Source: an uncultured virus (IMG/VR IMGVR_UViG_3300046514_000361)
Lineage: Duplodnaviria > Heunggongvirae > Uroviricota > Caudoviricetes
IMG/VR virus record: IMGVR_UViG_3300046514_000361
Length of the DNA: 64,000 nt
Strand: one strand, 5' to 3'
Shown: positions 55,807 through 64,000 of the stretch, one piece after another
How positions within the stretch are numbered: position 1 is the stretch's first letter
Layout: each line of letters opens with the position of its first letter
Translations under genes and position numbers: made by a program
Notes under the pieces: model-generated
Database searches by the model: none
Told to the model about the DNA's origin: nothing
What the model saw: the letters and a program-made list of their open reading frames with translations, nothing else

Positions 55807-56606
55807 TCACGCTCAACGACGACGGCGTGTCCGTCAAAGGCTGCAGGATCATCTACGCACCGAAAGGGCAGGCGGGGGAATACGCCCCGCTTGCCACCAA
55901 TCCGTATCGCGGCTGCGGCCACGGCTGCGCGTACTGCTACGTGCCGCTGGTGACGCATCAGGATCGCAAAGAGTTCGACGCGGGCGCGATCCCGCGTCGC
56001 GACTACCTCACCTCGCTGTGGGCCGACGCCGCCAAGTACAAGGCGCTCGGCTGTCGCGAACAGGTCATGCTGTCGTTCACCACCGACCCGTACAATCCGA
56101 GCGACATTTCGCTGACGCGGCCGACGCTCGACACGCTGATCGCGCACGGGCTGGCGATCTGCACCCTGACCAAGGGCGGCACGCGGGCGCTGCGCGACGT
56201 CGAGCTATTCCGCCCGGAGCGCGATGCGTTTGCATCCACGCTCACCTCGCTTGACGACCGCTTCTCGCAGAAGTGGGAGCGCAACGCGGCGCTGCCTGCC
56301 GACCGGATCGCGGCGCTGCGCACCTTCCACGAGCGCGGCATCTTCACCTGGGTTTCGCTTGAGCCGACGCTCGACGTCGATGCGTCGATTGCGATTGTCG
56401 AAGCAACCCACGACTTCATTGATCTCTTCAAGGTCGGCCGGGTGAACTACCTGCCGATGACAAAGACGACCGACTGGCGCGACTACACGGTGCGCATGCT
56501 CGACGTGCTCAATCGTGTCGGTGCGCGCCACTACATCAAGCGCGACCTGCAAGGCTACCTGCCGCCGAACTATCCCAACGCACTGCGCGTCCCGCAGCAT
56601 CACTGA
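55803..56606 (+). CDS. radical SAM protein (SplB/COG1533-like)
   Basis: NPYRGCGHGCAYCY; TDPY; LTK; SLEP. Confidence 0.85.
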   Translation: MITLNDDGVSVKGCRIIYAPKGQAGEYAPLATNPYRGCGHGCAYCYVPLVTHQDRKEFDAGAIPRRDYLTSLWADAAKYKALGCREQVMLSFTTDPYNPSDISLTRPTLDTLIAHGLAICTLTKGGTRALRDVELFRPERDAFASTLTSLDDRFSQKWERNAALPADRIAALRTFHERGIFTWVSLEPTLDVDASIAIVEATHDFIDLFKVGRVNYLPMTKTTDWRDYTVRMLDVLNRVGARHYIKRDLQGYLPPNYPNALRVPQHH

Positions 56607-56619
56607 AAGGAGTCACCTC

Positions 56620-56842
56620 ATGACCGAATCCGCCGCTCGGTCTGACAACCGAGCGGGCTTGGTTTCAATGCGGCCCGCTGCTTGGCATCGTGCTGATAGA
56701 CAACGTGGACCGTGACTGGTCATTCGTCGCGTTGAGCCGAACGCTGCCCGAAACGCAGTATCGCGCCTTCGACGTCGGCACCAGCTACGCGTCACAAGAG
56801 GAAGCCACCGAGGCGTTGGCGAAAGCACTGGAGTCACCCTGA
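56620..56842 (+). pseudogene. frameshifted small gene
   Basis: ATG frame stops after 31 aa; the +1 frame is open 56624-56842 and its TGA overlaps the next ATG. Confidence 0.6.
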
Positions 56843-57060
56843 TGGCCTACGTTCTCTGTACCAGCCACTGCATCGATTGCGGACAATTGTTCTCGTACAA
56901 TCCGGTTCGCGTGCCGAGCATTCCGATCAATGGCAACCGCGAGCCGATCTGCCGCGAGTGCGTCGAGCGGGTTAACCCGCAGCGCATCGCCAACGGCCTT
57001 GAACCCATCGTGCCCGCGCCAGACGCCTACGACGCGTGCGACGAATCCGAACTCGACTGA
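56842..57060 (+). CDS. small Zn-ribbon protein
   Basis: CIDC..FSYNPVRVPS..REPICREC. Confidence 0.7.
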   Translation: MAYVLCTSHCIDCGQLFSYNPVRVPSIPINGNREPICRECVERVNPQRIANGLEPIVPAPDAYDACDESELD

Positions 57061-57082
57061 AATCCAACGAAGGAGTCACCCA

Positions 57083-57271
57083 ATGATCGACGTGAGCGAA
57101 ATGCCCGAAGACGCCGTTCTGGCTACGATCCGCTGGCTCGAAGCTCGCGAAAAAGAAGCAATCGAGATGATGCCGAAAAGCGAAGGAGGGGAGATAGGCG
57201 CAACTTGCCGTCGCGCTCGGATCGAACTGACGACGCTCTATGATCTTCATCAAGACGACTACGAAGGGTAA
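57083..57271 (+). CDS. hypothetical protein
   Basis: GGAGTCACCC RBS. Confidence 0.55.
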   Translation: MIDVSEMPEDAVLATIRWLEAREKEAIEMMPKSEGGEIGATCRRARIELTTLYDLHQDDYEG

Positions 57272-57275
57272 AAAC

Positions 57276-57584
57276 ATGAGACGAACAATCCTAGCAGCGT
57301 TGTGTCTAACGGCGCTGGCCCCGCTTCCGGCCAGTGCTGACGGGCGCAGCGTGATGTTTCTCAAGGGTGTCGCCTATGGCATCGCACAGGAATGTCCTGC
57401 CATGCAGGTCGATGGCGACGCTGTCCGTAAGATCAAACACGTTGAAGGCAACCGGTCTGGCAACTCCCACGACTTCAAGGACGGCGTCACCTACGCATCA
57501 CAACTGCTCAAGAGGAAGGAGCAAAGCTGCGATACGATCTGCAGCATTCGTCCCGGCACCTGCTACTTCGTGAAAGAGCAGTGA
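57276..57584 (+). CDS. small secreted Cys-containing protein
   Basis: Signal peptide MRRTILAALCLTALAPLPASA. Confidence 0.65.
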   Translation: MRRTILAALCLTALAPLPASADGRSVMFLKGVAYGIAQECPAMQVDGDAVRKIKHVEGNRSGNSHDFKDGVTYASQLLKRKEQSCDTICSIRPGTCYFVKEQ

Positions 57585-57623
57585 CCATCTACCAACCAGC
57601 CCCGAAGGATAGGAGTCACCACC

Positions 57624-57842
57624 ATGAAAAAGCAAACCGAAATCTATTCGATCTTCAGCCAGATCGACGCCATCGTCGCGCAAGCGATGGTGGACGAGGG
57701 CAAGGCCAACAAAATCTCGGCCGACCTGATCCCGCCCACCGCCCTGTTCAACGACGCGGGCGACCGCGCGCATTTCGCCATCGCGATCCACACGGCGTTC
57801 TTGCCAGAGTACGAAGAGCGGGTGCGCACGCTGCGCGCCTAA
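57624..57842 (+). CDS. hypothetical protein
   Basis: GGAGTCACC RBS. Confidence 0.6.
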   Translation: MKKQTEIYSIFSQIDAIVAQAMVDEGKANKISADLIPPTALFNDAGDRAHFAIAIHTAFLPEYEERVRTLRA

Positions 57843-57864
57843 ACCCATGAAGGAGTCACCGACC

Positions 57865-58206
57865 ATGAAGACCATACTCGCAACCATCGTGCTCGCCGCT
57901 GCGCTCGCCGCAAGCGGACAGAACGCCAGCGCCGATTCCGACGATGCCATCAAAGTGACGGTGGGACGCACCTACAGCAACACGGGCAACTATCAGAACA
58001 CGACATTCACGCTCATCAATGGGCCGCGCCCTTACAAAAGTATCAAGGTTCAATGCGCGCTGCTCGACGCCAACAAACGGCCGCTTGCGGTCGATTTTAC
58101 CACACTGGAAAATGTCGGCGCTGGTGCCACCGTCTATGGCGAAGTGATGATCACGGTCAAAGACGCAGGCGCAAGCGCCAACTGTCGCGTCGAAGACGCA
58201 CGCTAA
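57865..58206 (+). CDS. secreted beta-sandwich (FxLYD-like) protein
   Basis: Signal peptide; VQCALLD...LENVGAG. Confidence 0.65.
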   Translation: MKTILATIVLAAALAASGQNASADSDDAIKVTVGRTYSNTGNYQNTTFTLINGPRPYKSIKVQCALLDANKRPLAVDFTTLENVGAGATVYGEVMITVKDAGASANCRVEDAR

Positions 58207-58223
58207 AGGAGTCACCCACCACC

Positions 58224-58631
58224 ATGAACACGATCAAGTCTCTGGCGGCCACCATCCTGGCCGTCGCTACTCTAGCGACCGGGCAAGCTCGCGCGGCCGA
58301 CTACTTCACCACGAGCGCATTCCTTGCTCACTGCGACAGCCCTGTCGATTATCATCAGGTCGCTTGCAGCTTCTACGCGGCGGCCATCGCCGATGCCTAT
58401 CGCGCGCTTGCGCTCGCGACGTATGACCCAACCTCGCAGTACGTCAGCTTCGCTGGCATTTGCATGCCATTGCAGATCGGTGCCAACGAGGTAATCGCCT
58501 TCACGCGCGAAGAGGCGGGCGGTGCGCGCGGTTACTCGTCGCTAAAGCTTGAGGCCCCGGCGTCGGTCACGGCGTTCGCCGGGCTGCGCAAGGCTTACCC
58601 CTGCCCGAGACAGCCGAGGCAGGGGTCGTGA
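58224..58631 (+). CDS. Rap1a/Tai-like periplasmic immunity protein
   Basis: Signal peptide; LAHC...C..Y...IAD...ICMP...PAS....GLRKAYPC. Confidence 0.7.
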   Translation: MNTIKSLAATILAVATLATGQARAADYFTTSAFLAHCDSPVDYHQVACSFYAAAIADAYRALALATYDPTSQYVSFAGICMPLQIGANEVIAFTREEAGGARGYSSLKLEAPASVTAFAGLRKAYPCPRQPRQGS

Positions 58632-58641
58632 CCAGAGGATC

Positions 58642-58672
58642 GGGGCGGCCTTCGCGGGCCGCCCCTTTTTTT
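58642..58672 (+). terminator. rho-independent terminator
   Basis: ggggcggcc ttcgcg ggccgcccc + T7. Confidence 0.85.
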
Positions 58673-58778
58673 GTGCCCAGTGCCGAGAGATGACCCAACT
58701 CTTGGCCATGGTGCCAGCGGCTTGCCGTTGACCATTGGCTGATCGATGGATAAAACCATCTCAACCAAGAAACGGGGG

Positions 58779-59093
58779 ATGACCAAAATGAGAGTGTTGC
58801 GGGCGCTTCCGCTGGCCTTACTGGCGACCATGGCGGGCTGCGCGACGGCACCGCCGCCGCCGATGCACTGGGTGAAAGCGGGCGCTACCGAAGAGATGTT
58901 CCTGAAGGAACGCTATGCCTGCCTTCAACAGGCACAGCAGCCGCAGACCGGCAGCTACGTGAACGGCTACGGCGGGTCCAGCTACGGAACGATGATCACC
59001 AATCAGAAACTGTTCTTCTCGTGCATGGAAGCGGCAGGCTACAAGTGGGAGCTTGTCACGCCCGTGCCGGTGGCCGCAGCCGCCAAACCCTGA
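58779..59093 (+). CDS. lipoprotein
   Basis: Lipobox MAGC; W.K.GAT...C...CM...GY. Confidence 0.75.
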   Translation: MTKMRVLRALPLALLATMAGCATAPPPPMHWVKAGATEEMFLKERYACLQQAQQPQTGSYVNGYGGSSYGTMITNQKLFFSCMEAAGYKWELVTPVPVAAAAKP

Positions 59094-59233
59094 AGAGTGC
59101 GCGGCCCGCCCCGGCGACTTGCGGAGAGCCTAGAGGAGGTCAACAACCGCGAGCGGGGACGGTCCAGTGCTCTCACCGCTGGTGGTTTTTTCCACTTCGG
59201 TGTGCTACGATCCGATCACAAAGGATTCGATGC

Positions 59234-59482
59234 ATGACCACGGCCGAATCGCATGTCGAACTCGATGTTCGCGAGAAGATCGCCCACATCGATCAGATGC
59301 TCGCCGACCACGAGCGCATCTACGCCGACACAAAGCGCATCAATGCGGATCATGACCGCAAGCGGCAGGAAATCCGCTACGCGCCGTGGGTGCTCATTTT
59401 GCCGATTGCGGTTAGTTTACTGACCGCTGGGGCAGCACTGTTTGCGGCCGGTGCCGCGTTCATGAAGTTTGTGCAGCCATGA
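59234..59482 (+). CDS. coiled-coil + C-terminal TM protein
   Basis: AAGGA SD; TGcTACGAT extended -10 upstream. Confidence 0.6.
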   Translation: MTTAESHVELDVREKIAHIDQMLADHERIYADTKRINADHDRKRQEIRYAPWVLILPIAVSLLTAGAALFAAGAAFMKFVQP

Positions 59483-59793
59483 ACCCGCGCTTCGACACCC
59501 TCGCCATCGCCCGTGATCTGCGGCAGCACGGCTTCACGCAGGATCAGGCCGAAGCCGTCGCCGACGCGGTGAACCAAGCGGCGGGCCTGCCTGATCTGAC
59601 GGTGCTCGCGACCAAGGATGATCTCGCGGCGCTAGCGACCAAGGACGAGTTGCGCGCGGCCATCGCCGACGTGCGCAGCGTCATCACCGGAAGCCAAAAT
59701 GACATCCTGAAATGGATCATCGGCTTGGTCGTGTCATCGTGGCTCGTCAACGTCGGCACCATGCTCGCGCTGGTCAGGCTGACGGGGCACTAG
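59479..59793 (+). CDS. DUF1640/CCDC90-like coiled-coil membrane protein
   Basis: FDTL..ARDL...GFT..QAEA; LATKDD repeats; ILKWIIG TM. Confidence 0.8.
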   Translation: MNPRFDTLAIARDLRQHGFTQDQAEAVADAVNQAAGLPDLTVLATKDDLAALATKDELRAAIADVRSVITGSQNDILKWIIGLVVSSWLVNVGTMLALVRLTGH

Positions 59794-59794
59794 A

Positions 59795-60007
59795 ATGACG
59801 TATGGAACGGCTCTTGTCCTCGGCGTGGCGGCCCTCACCCTCTTCGGACTCGGAATGCTGTTCGCCAACTACTTCATGGTGACGCGTCCCGCCCAGCAGG
59901 CCGTCTGCGCTACCCACGGGATGGAATATCTCAGCATGGGAGCGAACGCGCACAACTGGGTCTGCAGGGATCGCGACGGGCGGCTCTATCGGTTCGAGGA
60001 AAAATGA
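59795..60007 (+). CDS. small membrane-anchored protein
   Basis: N-terminal TM, two Cys. Confidence 0.55.
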   Translation: MTYGTALVLGVAALTLFGLGMLFANYFMVTRPAQQAVCATHGMEYLSMGANAHNWVCRDRDGRLYRFEEK

Positions 60008-60219
60008 AAATGGCAATCATGATGGGCAAGCTGTACGCGGCACTGCGCGCGGCGAATGCATCCGATGATCTTGCGCGCGAAGCTGCCGAGGAAGTGGCGG
60101 CTTTCGAAAACAGGATCGCCGAGATTCGCGCTGATCTTTTGCTGGTGAAGTGGATGATCGGCTTCAACCTTGCGATGACCGTTGCGATCTTATGGCGCGT
60201 GTTCGTGCAGCAGCACTAG
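60004..60219 (+). CDS. small coiled-coil + TM protein (CCDC90-like)
   Basis: LYAALRAA...AAEEVA...LVKWMIG. Confidence 0.65.
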   Translation: MKMAIMMGKLYAALRAANASDDLAREAAEEVAAFENRIAEIRADLLLVKWMIGFNLAMTVAILWRVFVQQH

Positions 60220-60899
60220 CGCCCGCGCAGGACCACGCCGACGTAGACCACCGCCGCGCCCTTGCCCTTGCCAGCCTGCCAGCGCGTCTCAATCTCGCAC
60301 CCCATCCGCCGCGCCACCTCGTTGATCGCCCGCGTGATGATCTCGTCGTGCCAGCGGATCGCGCCGGTGACGTGGCGCGGCATCCCGACAAGATGCGCCA
60401 AAGCGTAGGAGAGGTTGCCCCGCTTCACGTCGAGGCCCGAGCCGTCGGTCAGCACGAGGCCGATGCGCTCGCCCGGTGCCGCCTTGCGCCGCGCCGCCAG
60501 GATCGTCGCTTGCTCCCACGGCGACCCGTGTGCGTCGAGATCGAAGACCGCGAACGCGCCGAGATCGATGCAGCGCATCACCCGGCGATTGTCGGCGACG
60601 TAGGCCACGCGTTCGTCGCGATGCCAGTCGAGGTCGCAGCCGACGCACGCGCGAGCCTCGTGCCAGACGTTGCGATACATCTCGCCCGCACCCGCGAACG
60701 CATCGAACACCGCGACGTCGCGCCCGAGCGCGTCGAGCACGTTGCGCCTGATCTCGACCTTGGCGGGCTTGCTCGCCTGCGCGTTCTTGATCTTGGCGGC
60801 CCGCGTGCTGGCGAGAAACATCAGGCGGTCGGGGACAAACACGAGCGGCGGGCGAGTGCCGACATCGAGAAAGACAATCCGATAGCCGCCCCTGCGCAT
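60216..60899 (-). CDS. SAM-dependent methyltransferase-like protein (start may be 60821)
   Basis: VFDAFAGAG motif I; FDLDAHGSPW. Confidence 0.65.
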   Translation of the reverse strand: MRRGGYRIVFLDVGTRPPLVFVPDRLMFLASTRAAKIKNAQASKPAKVEIRRNVLDALGRDVAVFDAFAGAGEMYRNVWHEARACVGCDLDWHRDERVAYVADNRRVMRCIDLGAFAVFDLDAHGSPWEQATILAARRKAAPGERIGLVLTDGSGLDVKRGNLSYALAHLVGMPRHVTGAIRWHDEIITRAINEVARRMGCEIETRWQAGKGKGAAVVYVGVVLRGR

Positions 60900-60911
60900 C
60901 TGCGCATTGTC

Positions 60912-61484
60912 TCACTCCTCGTACCCGGTCGTACCTAGCTCGACCTCGATGGCCGGGAAGTCCGCCATCACCTGTCGCAGCCGGTGCAGCGCCTGCGCCT
61001 GATCCTTCAGCGGCCCGCGCACCGCGATCCAGAACCGGTCTTCCAGCGCGCCGACCTTGACCTGTTCGACCGTCGCGACATCAGGATGCATCAGCGCGTC
61101 GATCTCCTTGACGTCGAAGCCCAGATCGCTCGCCTTCTCGCCGCTCGCGATCATCGCGCCAATCTCGTGCGCCAGTAGCTCGGCATCCCATGACGCGTTG
61201 AGCGCGATCCGGTTGTCGGCCAGCGCCAGCGCCCGGCACTGCGTCTCGGTCAGATCGCGAAGCTCAATCACCGGCACCTCGGCCAGCCCGAGCTTGCGTG
61301 CCGCTCGCCAGCGCCCTTCGCCCGCGATGATCTCGCCGCCCTCGCGCACCAGCACCGGGTTGACGAACCCGAACCGGCGAATGGACGTCGCGATCTGATC
61401 TATCTGTGCGTCCGAATGCAGCCGCGCATTACGCGGATCGGGCTTGAGCGCCTCAGCCTGCCGATACTCGATTGCCAGCTTCAT
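60912..61484 (-). CDS. ParB/Srx N-terminal domain protein
   Basis: PRNARLHSDAQIDQIATSIRRFGFVNPVL...IIAGEGR...LADNRI. Confidence 0.88.
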   Translation of the reverse strand: MKLAIEYRQAEALKPDPRNARLHSDAQIDQIATSIRRFGFVNPVLVREGGEIIAGEGRWRAARKLGLAEVPVIELRDLTETQCRALALADNRIALNASWDAELLAHEIGAMIASGEKASDLGFDVKEIDALMHPDVATVEQVKVGALEDRFWIAVRGPLKDQAQALHRLRQVMADFPAIEVELGTTGYEE

Positions 61485-61792
61485 CCCTTTTCCCTCGGCC
61501 GCTCAGCGGCGACGACCCGCCGGGCCATGGTCCCAGCGGGCCGCCCCAAAGTCGCACCCACGAGCGCGCCAGCAAGCTCTGCAGGGCTTTTAACCTGCAC
61601 CTCTCCCAGCCTGTCCTGCCTTCGTTCCCGATTCGACCCTTGTCCAACCTGGACAGGAGTCACGCCTGATCGGCGTTAACGTGCCCGCATCCTAACCGGC
61701 AGCGCGCCAACCACTTAACCTCAAACCAACGTTGGCCAGACTCTCGGCCTTTGTGCGGCCGGGCAGATCGCCAAACCCATTGGGGCATAAGC

Positions 61793-61872
61793 CAATTTCG
61801 CGGGCGCTAAAAAATGACTGCGGGCGCGCCGCGACTAATGGCGATCCAAAAATTTTTGGCACTCCCCCCCCT
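61793..61872 (-). other. probable cos (packaging/cohesive end) region
   Basis: Downstream of HNH; minus strand G9 AGTG CCAAAAATTTTTGG ... CGCGGCGCGCCCGCAG TCA T6 ... CGCGAAATT, typical of HNH/P27 3'-cos phages. Confidence 0.55.
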
Positions 61873-61993
61873 GCCTTTGCTGAGCCTGTGCCGATGATCG
61901 GCATGGAGAGAGCGGCGCGTGTCGAATGTGGGGATGCTTTTCGGATCAGTCATCAATCGCGAGGACGGGAGTGCGGCACCTACCCCCCACCTT

Positions 61994-62395
61994 TCACCAA
62001 CGAATGCTGTCTCTCAACGTTTGGAAGCGCCCTATGAGCTTGTCCTGCAGTACCTCACGCAAGATGGGACGCTGGGACGCTAGAAGGTAACTTGTCGGCA
62101 GCACGTAGTCTCTCTTGCGCTTGGATCGGGATGACCGCTTGGCGATGCGTGTGAGCTTGCGCCCATACGCTTTGCTGTGCTCCATCTCGTACAACGAATG
62201 CGGACGCACGAGTGTGAGTGCTTTGCCTAGACCTCTATATCGTTTTGTACCAGGACGATGGCGATGCATGTCTTGTGTTTGCCAATCGCTCAACATCGTG
62301 CCGACTTCGACTTGCTTGATGTGCCGAAGACGACGCGTCATCTTCAATATTCGTTTGGTCACCTTCGTCGTATTGCATGTGACGTAGACGTGCAT
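61994..62395 (-). CDS. basic hypothetical protein
   Basis: AAGGA SD right after HNH. Confidence 0.55.
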   Translation of the reverse strand: MHVYVTCNTTKVTKRILKMTRRLRHIKQVEVGTMLSDWQTQDMHRHRPGTKRYRGLGKALTLVRPHSLYEMEHSKAYGRKLTRIAKRSSRSKRKRDYVLPTSYLLASQRPILREVLQDKLIGRFQTLRDSIRW

Positions 62396-62406
62396 GGTGG
62401 CGTTCC

Positions 62407-62745
62407 TTATGCAGTACGATTGGCTGGATGGCGTGGGTCCGTAGGCCAGCCATCATTGTCCACATCGCATGTGTAGCCACGCTCATCGAGCACACGCTTG
62501 TGTCTGTCATGGCAGGGCTTGCAGACAGACTGCAGCTTGCCGAGGCGAAACTTATTCCAGTCACCACCATGCGACTCGACGTGGTCAGCTACGGTAGCAA
62601 GCGTGGTGACGCCCTGTGCCAAGCACATGGCGCAAAGGGGATGCTGCTGTAGCTGCAGGGTGCGACGTCGCTGCCAGATTGAGGTGCCGTACCAGTTCTT
62701 GCGCCAGTCCTTGAGCGCAATGGGTGGCTGCAGCGGCTCAGTCAT
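62407..62745 (-). CDS. HNH endonuclease (cos-associated, HK97 gp74-like)
   Basis: PLCAMC...ATVADHVESHGGD...LQSVCKPCHD. Confidence 0.9.
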   Translation of the reverse strand: MTEPLQPPIALKDWRKNWYGTSIWQRRRTLQLQQHPLCAMCLAQGVTTLATVADHVESHGGDWNKFRLGKLQSVCKPCHDRHKRVLDERGYTCDVDNDGWPTDPRHPANRTA

Positions 62746-62929
62746 CGCTGACGACAGGCGCACTGTGTTCGAGCGTCCAGCCGTTGGCGCGACATTGCTC
62801 GGCGACCTGTTGATCGGTCATGCCGATCAGCCTGCGCACGATGGGTGCAGCGGCGATCACCCGGTTGTCACGCGTGACAACGCCTGCAGTGAAGCGCGGC
62901 GCTTTGATGCTGAAGACGATCTCGATCAT
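62738..62929 (-). CDS. small conserved phage protein
   Basis: APRFTAGVV...VIAAAPIV...C...GW. Confidence 0.55.
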   Translation of the reverse strand: MIEIVFSIKAPRFTAGVVTRDNRVIAAAPIVRRLIGMTDQQVAEQCRANGWTLEHSAPVVSDD

Positions 62930-63079
62930 GGGAGGAAGCTCCCCAAAAGCAAACGCCGCCAGGGCGGAAAGCCGAGGCGGCGTGCATCGTTTGCGGGGTG
63001 ACCAACGAAAACCCAGGGAAGGAGAAAACCCGGATTCCGCGAATCTGATTTTTTTAATACGCTCATTTCATCCCATCCG

Positions 63080-63847
63080 TCAAGATGATCGAACCTTGGA
63101 CGATGGTCCCACTACCCGTTGTGCCTGCTGGCGCTCGTGGTTGGCCCTGGCGCGGTCGGCCTCGGCTTTGGCTTCGGTGTCCTCGCGTTCCAGGCCCACG
63201 GTGGCCATGCCGAGCTTGATCGCAATCATGGTCAGGCTTGCCGAGAACAGGAAGCCGCGCGTCCATTTGTCGGTTTTTGTGCGGTCTGCTGCGGCTGCGA
63301 GCGGCTTGCAGTCGATCAGGACGGTGCGGACGACGAACAGCCCGAGCGAGCCGAGATATTTCAGAATCGCAGCATCGATCATCCGCAGGCGGCGAGCAGC
63401 CCGGCGTTGGCGATCCGTGATGAGTTCGGCGAAGCGGCCACCCTGCACGTAGGGGCGGGATGGATCGGTGGCAGCGATGCGGCCGACTTGGCTGACGGTG
63501 TGGAGTTCCTGGTAGCTGCGGCCAGCGGCGTAGCGCACCGGATTGATCTGATGGCGAGCGAACATCTTGCCGAGCGGATCGCCGCGAATGGTTTGGGCGA
63601 CGATGATGGTGGGCCGCATCGGTGGCACCCATTCGTGTTCACCGCGTGGATGGGCGAGCAGCCCGTCGCGTCGCTGCCCGATCTCGCGGGTGGCTTGGTC
63701 GGTCGAGAGCAGGCCACCCGGTTCTTCGATGGTAAGCGCAGCCATCTGCGGCTGGCCTGGGATCGGGCCGTAGAGCGGTCGCAGATCGTGGACGCGTTGC
63801 GGCTTGGCTTTGCGCTGGCGAGGTCGGCGCTGTGTGTGCTTCGTCAT
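63080..63847 (-). CDS. putative late-transcription regulator (DUF6456-like)
   Basis: DPL..M..R.QI....YAAG...DPSRPYVQGG; positioned upstream of HNH/packaging genes. Confidence 0.5.
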   Translation of the reverse strand: MTKHTQRRPRQRKAKPQRVHDLRPLYGPIPGQPQMAALTIEEPGGLLSTDQATREIGQRRDGLLAHPRGEHEWVPPMRPTIIVAQTIRGDPLGKMFARHQINPVRYAAGRSYQELHTVSQVGRIAATDPSRPYVQGGRFAELITDRQRRAARRLRMIDAAILKYLGSLGLFVVRTVLIDCKPLAAAADRTKTDKWTRGFLFSASLTMIAIKLGMATVGLEREDTEAKAEADRARANHERQQAQRVVGPSSKVRSS

Positions 63848-64000
63848 TCAGTCATCCAGGGATTTGTAGGCGCAGGCTTCGACGTCGAAGCGAAATTTGA
63901 TGTGGCCTTTTGAGCCTGAGTCATCGAACCGAACTTTGCGGATGTACGCGGTCGCGGTGTTTGGCTCGTCGGTGTAGATCACGACGCCATGGTCGGGCTT
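63848..64000 (-). CDS. C-terminus of a T7 gp4/Twinkle-like DnaB-family helicase (partial)
   Basis: KPDHGVVIY...YIRKVRF...GSKGHIKFRFD. Confidence 0.55.
   Translation of the reverse strand, partial: KPDHGVVIYTDEPNTATAYIRKVRFDDSGSKGHIKFRFDVEACAYKSLDD

Larger units (their letters stand above)
48440..58217 (+). repeat. 14 copies of GGAGTCACC, 13 of them 1-7 nt before an ATG
   Basis: Starts at 48440, 48789, 49880, 50825, 52425, 52757, 53822, 53998, 56609, 56830, 57072, 57612, 57852, 58208. Confidence 0.95.

Noticed and set aside
48440..58217. CRISPR array or integron from the repeated motif
   Set aside because: Repeats are 9-10 nt, irregularly spaced by whole genes; no cas genes, no integron integrase, no GTTRRRY attC ends
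60004..60219. Integrase or att site at the island edge
   Set aside because: 71-aa coiled-coil/TM protein without recombinase motifs; no flanking direct repeat seen
61578..61600. tRNA gene from a T-arm-like hairpin
   Set aside because: No TTC loop consensus, D-arm or acceptor stem

Overview
The whole window is phage DNA, GC-rich, with no host housekeeping genes and no integrase. The host is probably an alphaproteobacterium (inferred from the VP-CTERM protein and promoter style). It encodes a contractile-tailed phage with an HK97-type head and a Mu-like tail/baseplate. Layout: (1) 1-11.7 kb, about 30 small, mostly translationally coupled + strand hypothetical genes, an XRE regulator and a PEP-CTERM-like surface protein. 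(2) 11.9-47.9 kb, the - strand virion operon: terS, terL, endolysin, a GNAT-like cargo protein, a ParB-like cargo/protease/capsid fusion, portal, a collagen fibre, sheath, tube, chaperone with a -1 frameshift, a multi-enzyme tape measure, baseplate and fibres. (3) 48.0-60.2 kb, a + strand accessory island between terS and the cos-proximal genes. (4) 60.2-64 kb, MTase-like, ParB-like, a probable cos site, HNH, a putative late regulator and a helicase C-terminus. The most striking signal is in the island. Thirteen of its genes carry the same ribosome-binding motif GGAGTCACC(C). A 14th copy lies inside an unannotated ~95-nt minus-strand transcription unit with its own near-consensus sigma70 promoter and terminator, whose predicted fold exposes the exact antisense GGGUGACUCC. 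This suggests one phage sRNA that translationally silences a whole gene island. Two shared operators, repeated covarying stem-loops and a DnaA box accompany it. All product calls come from motif recognition only, with no database searches.
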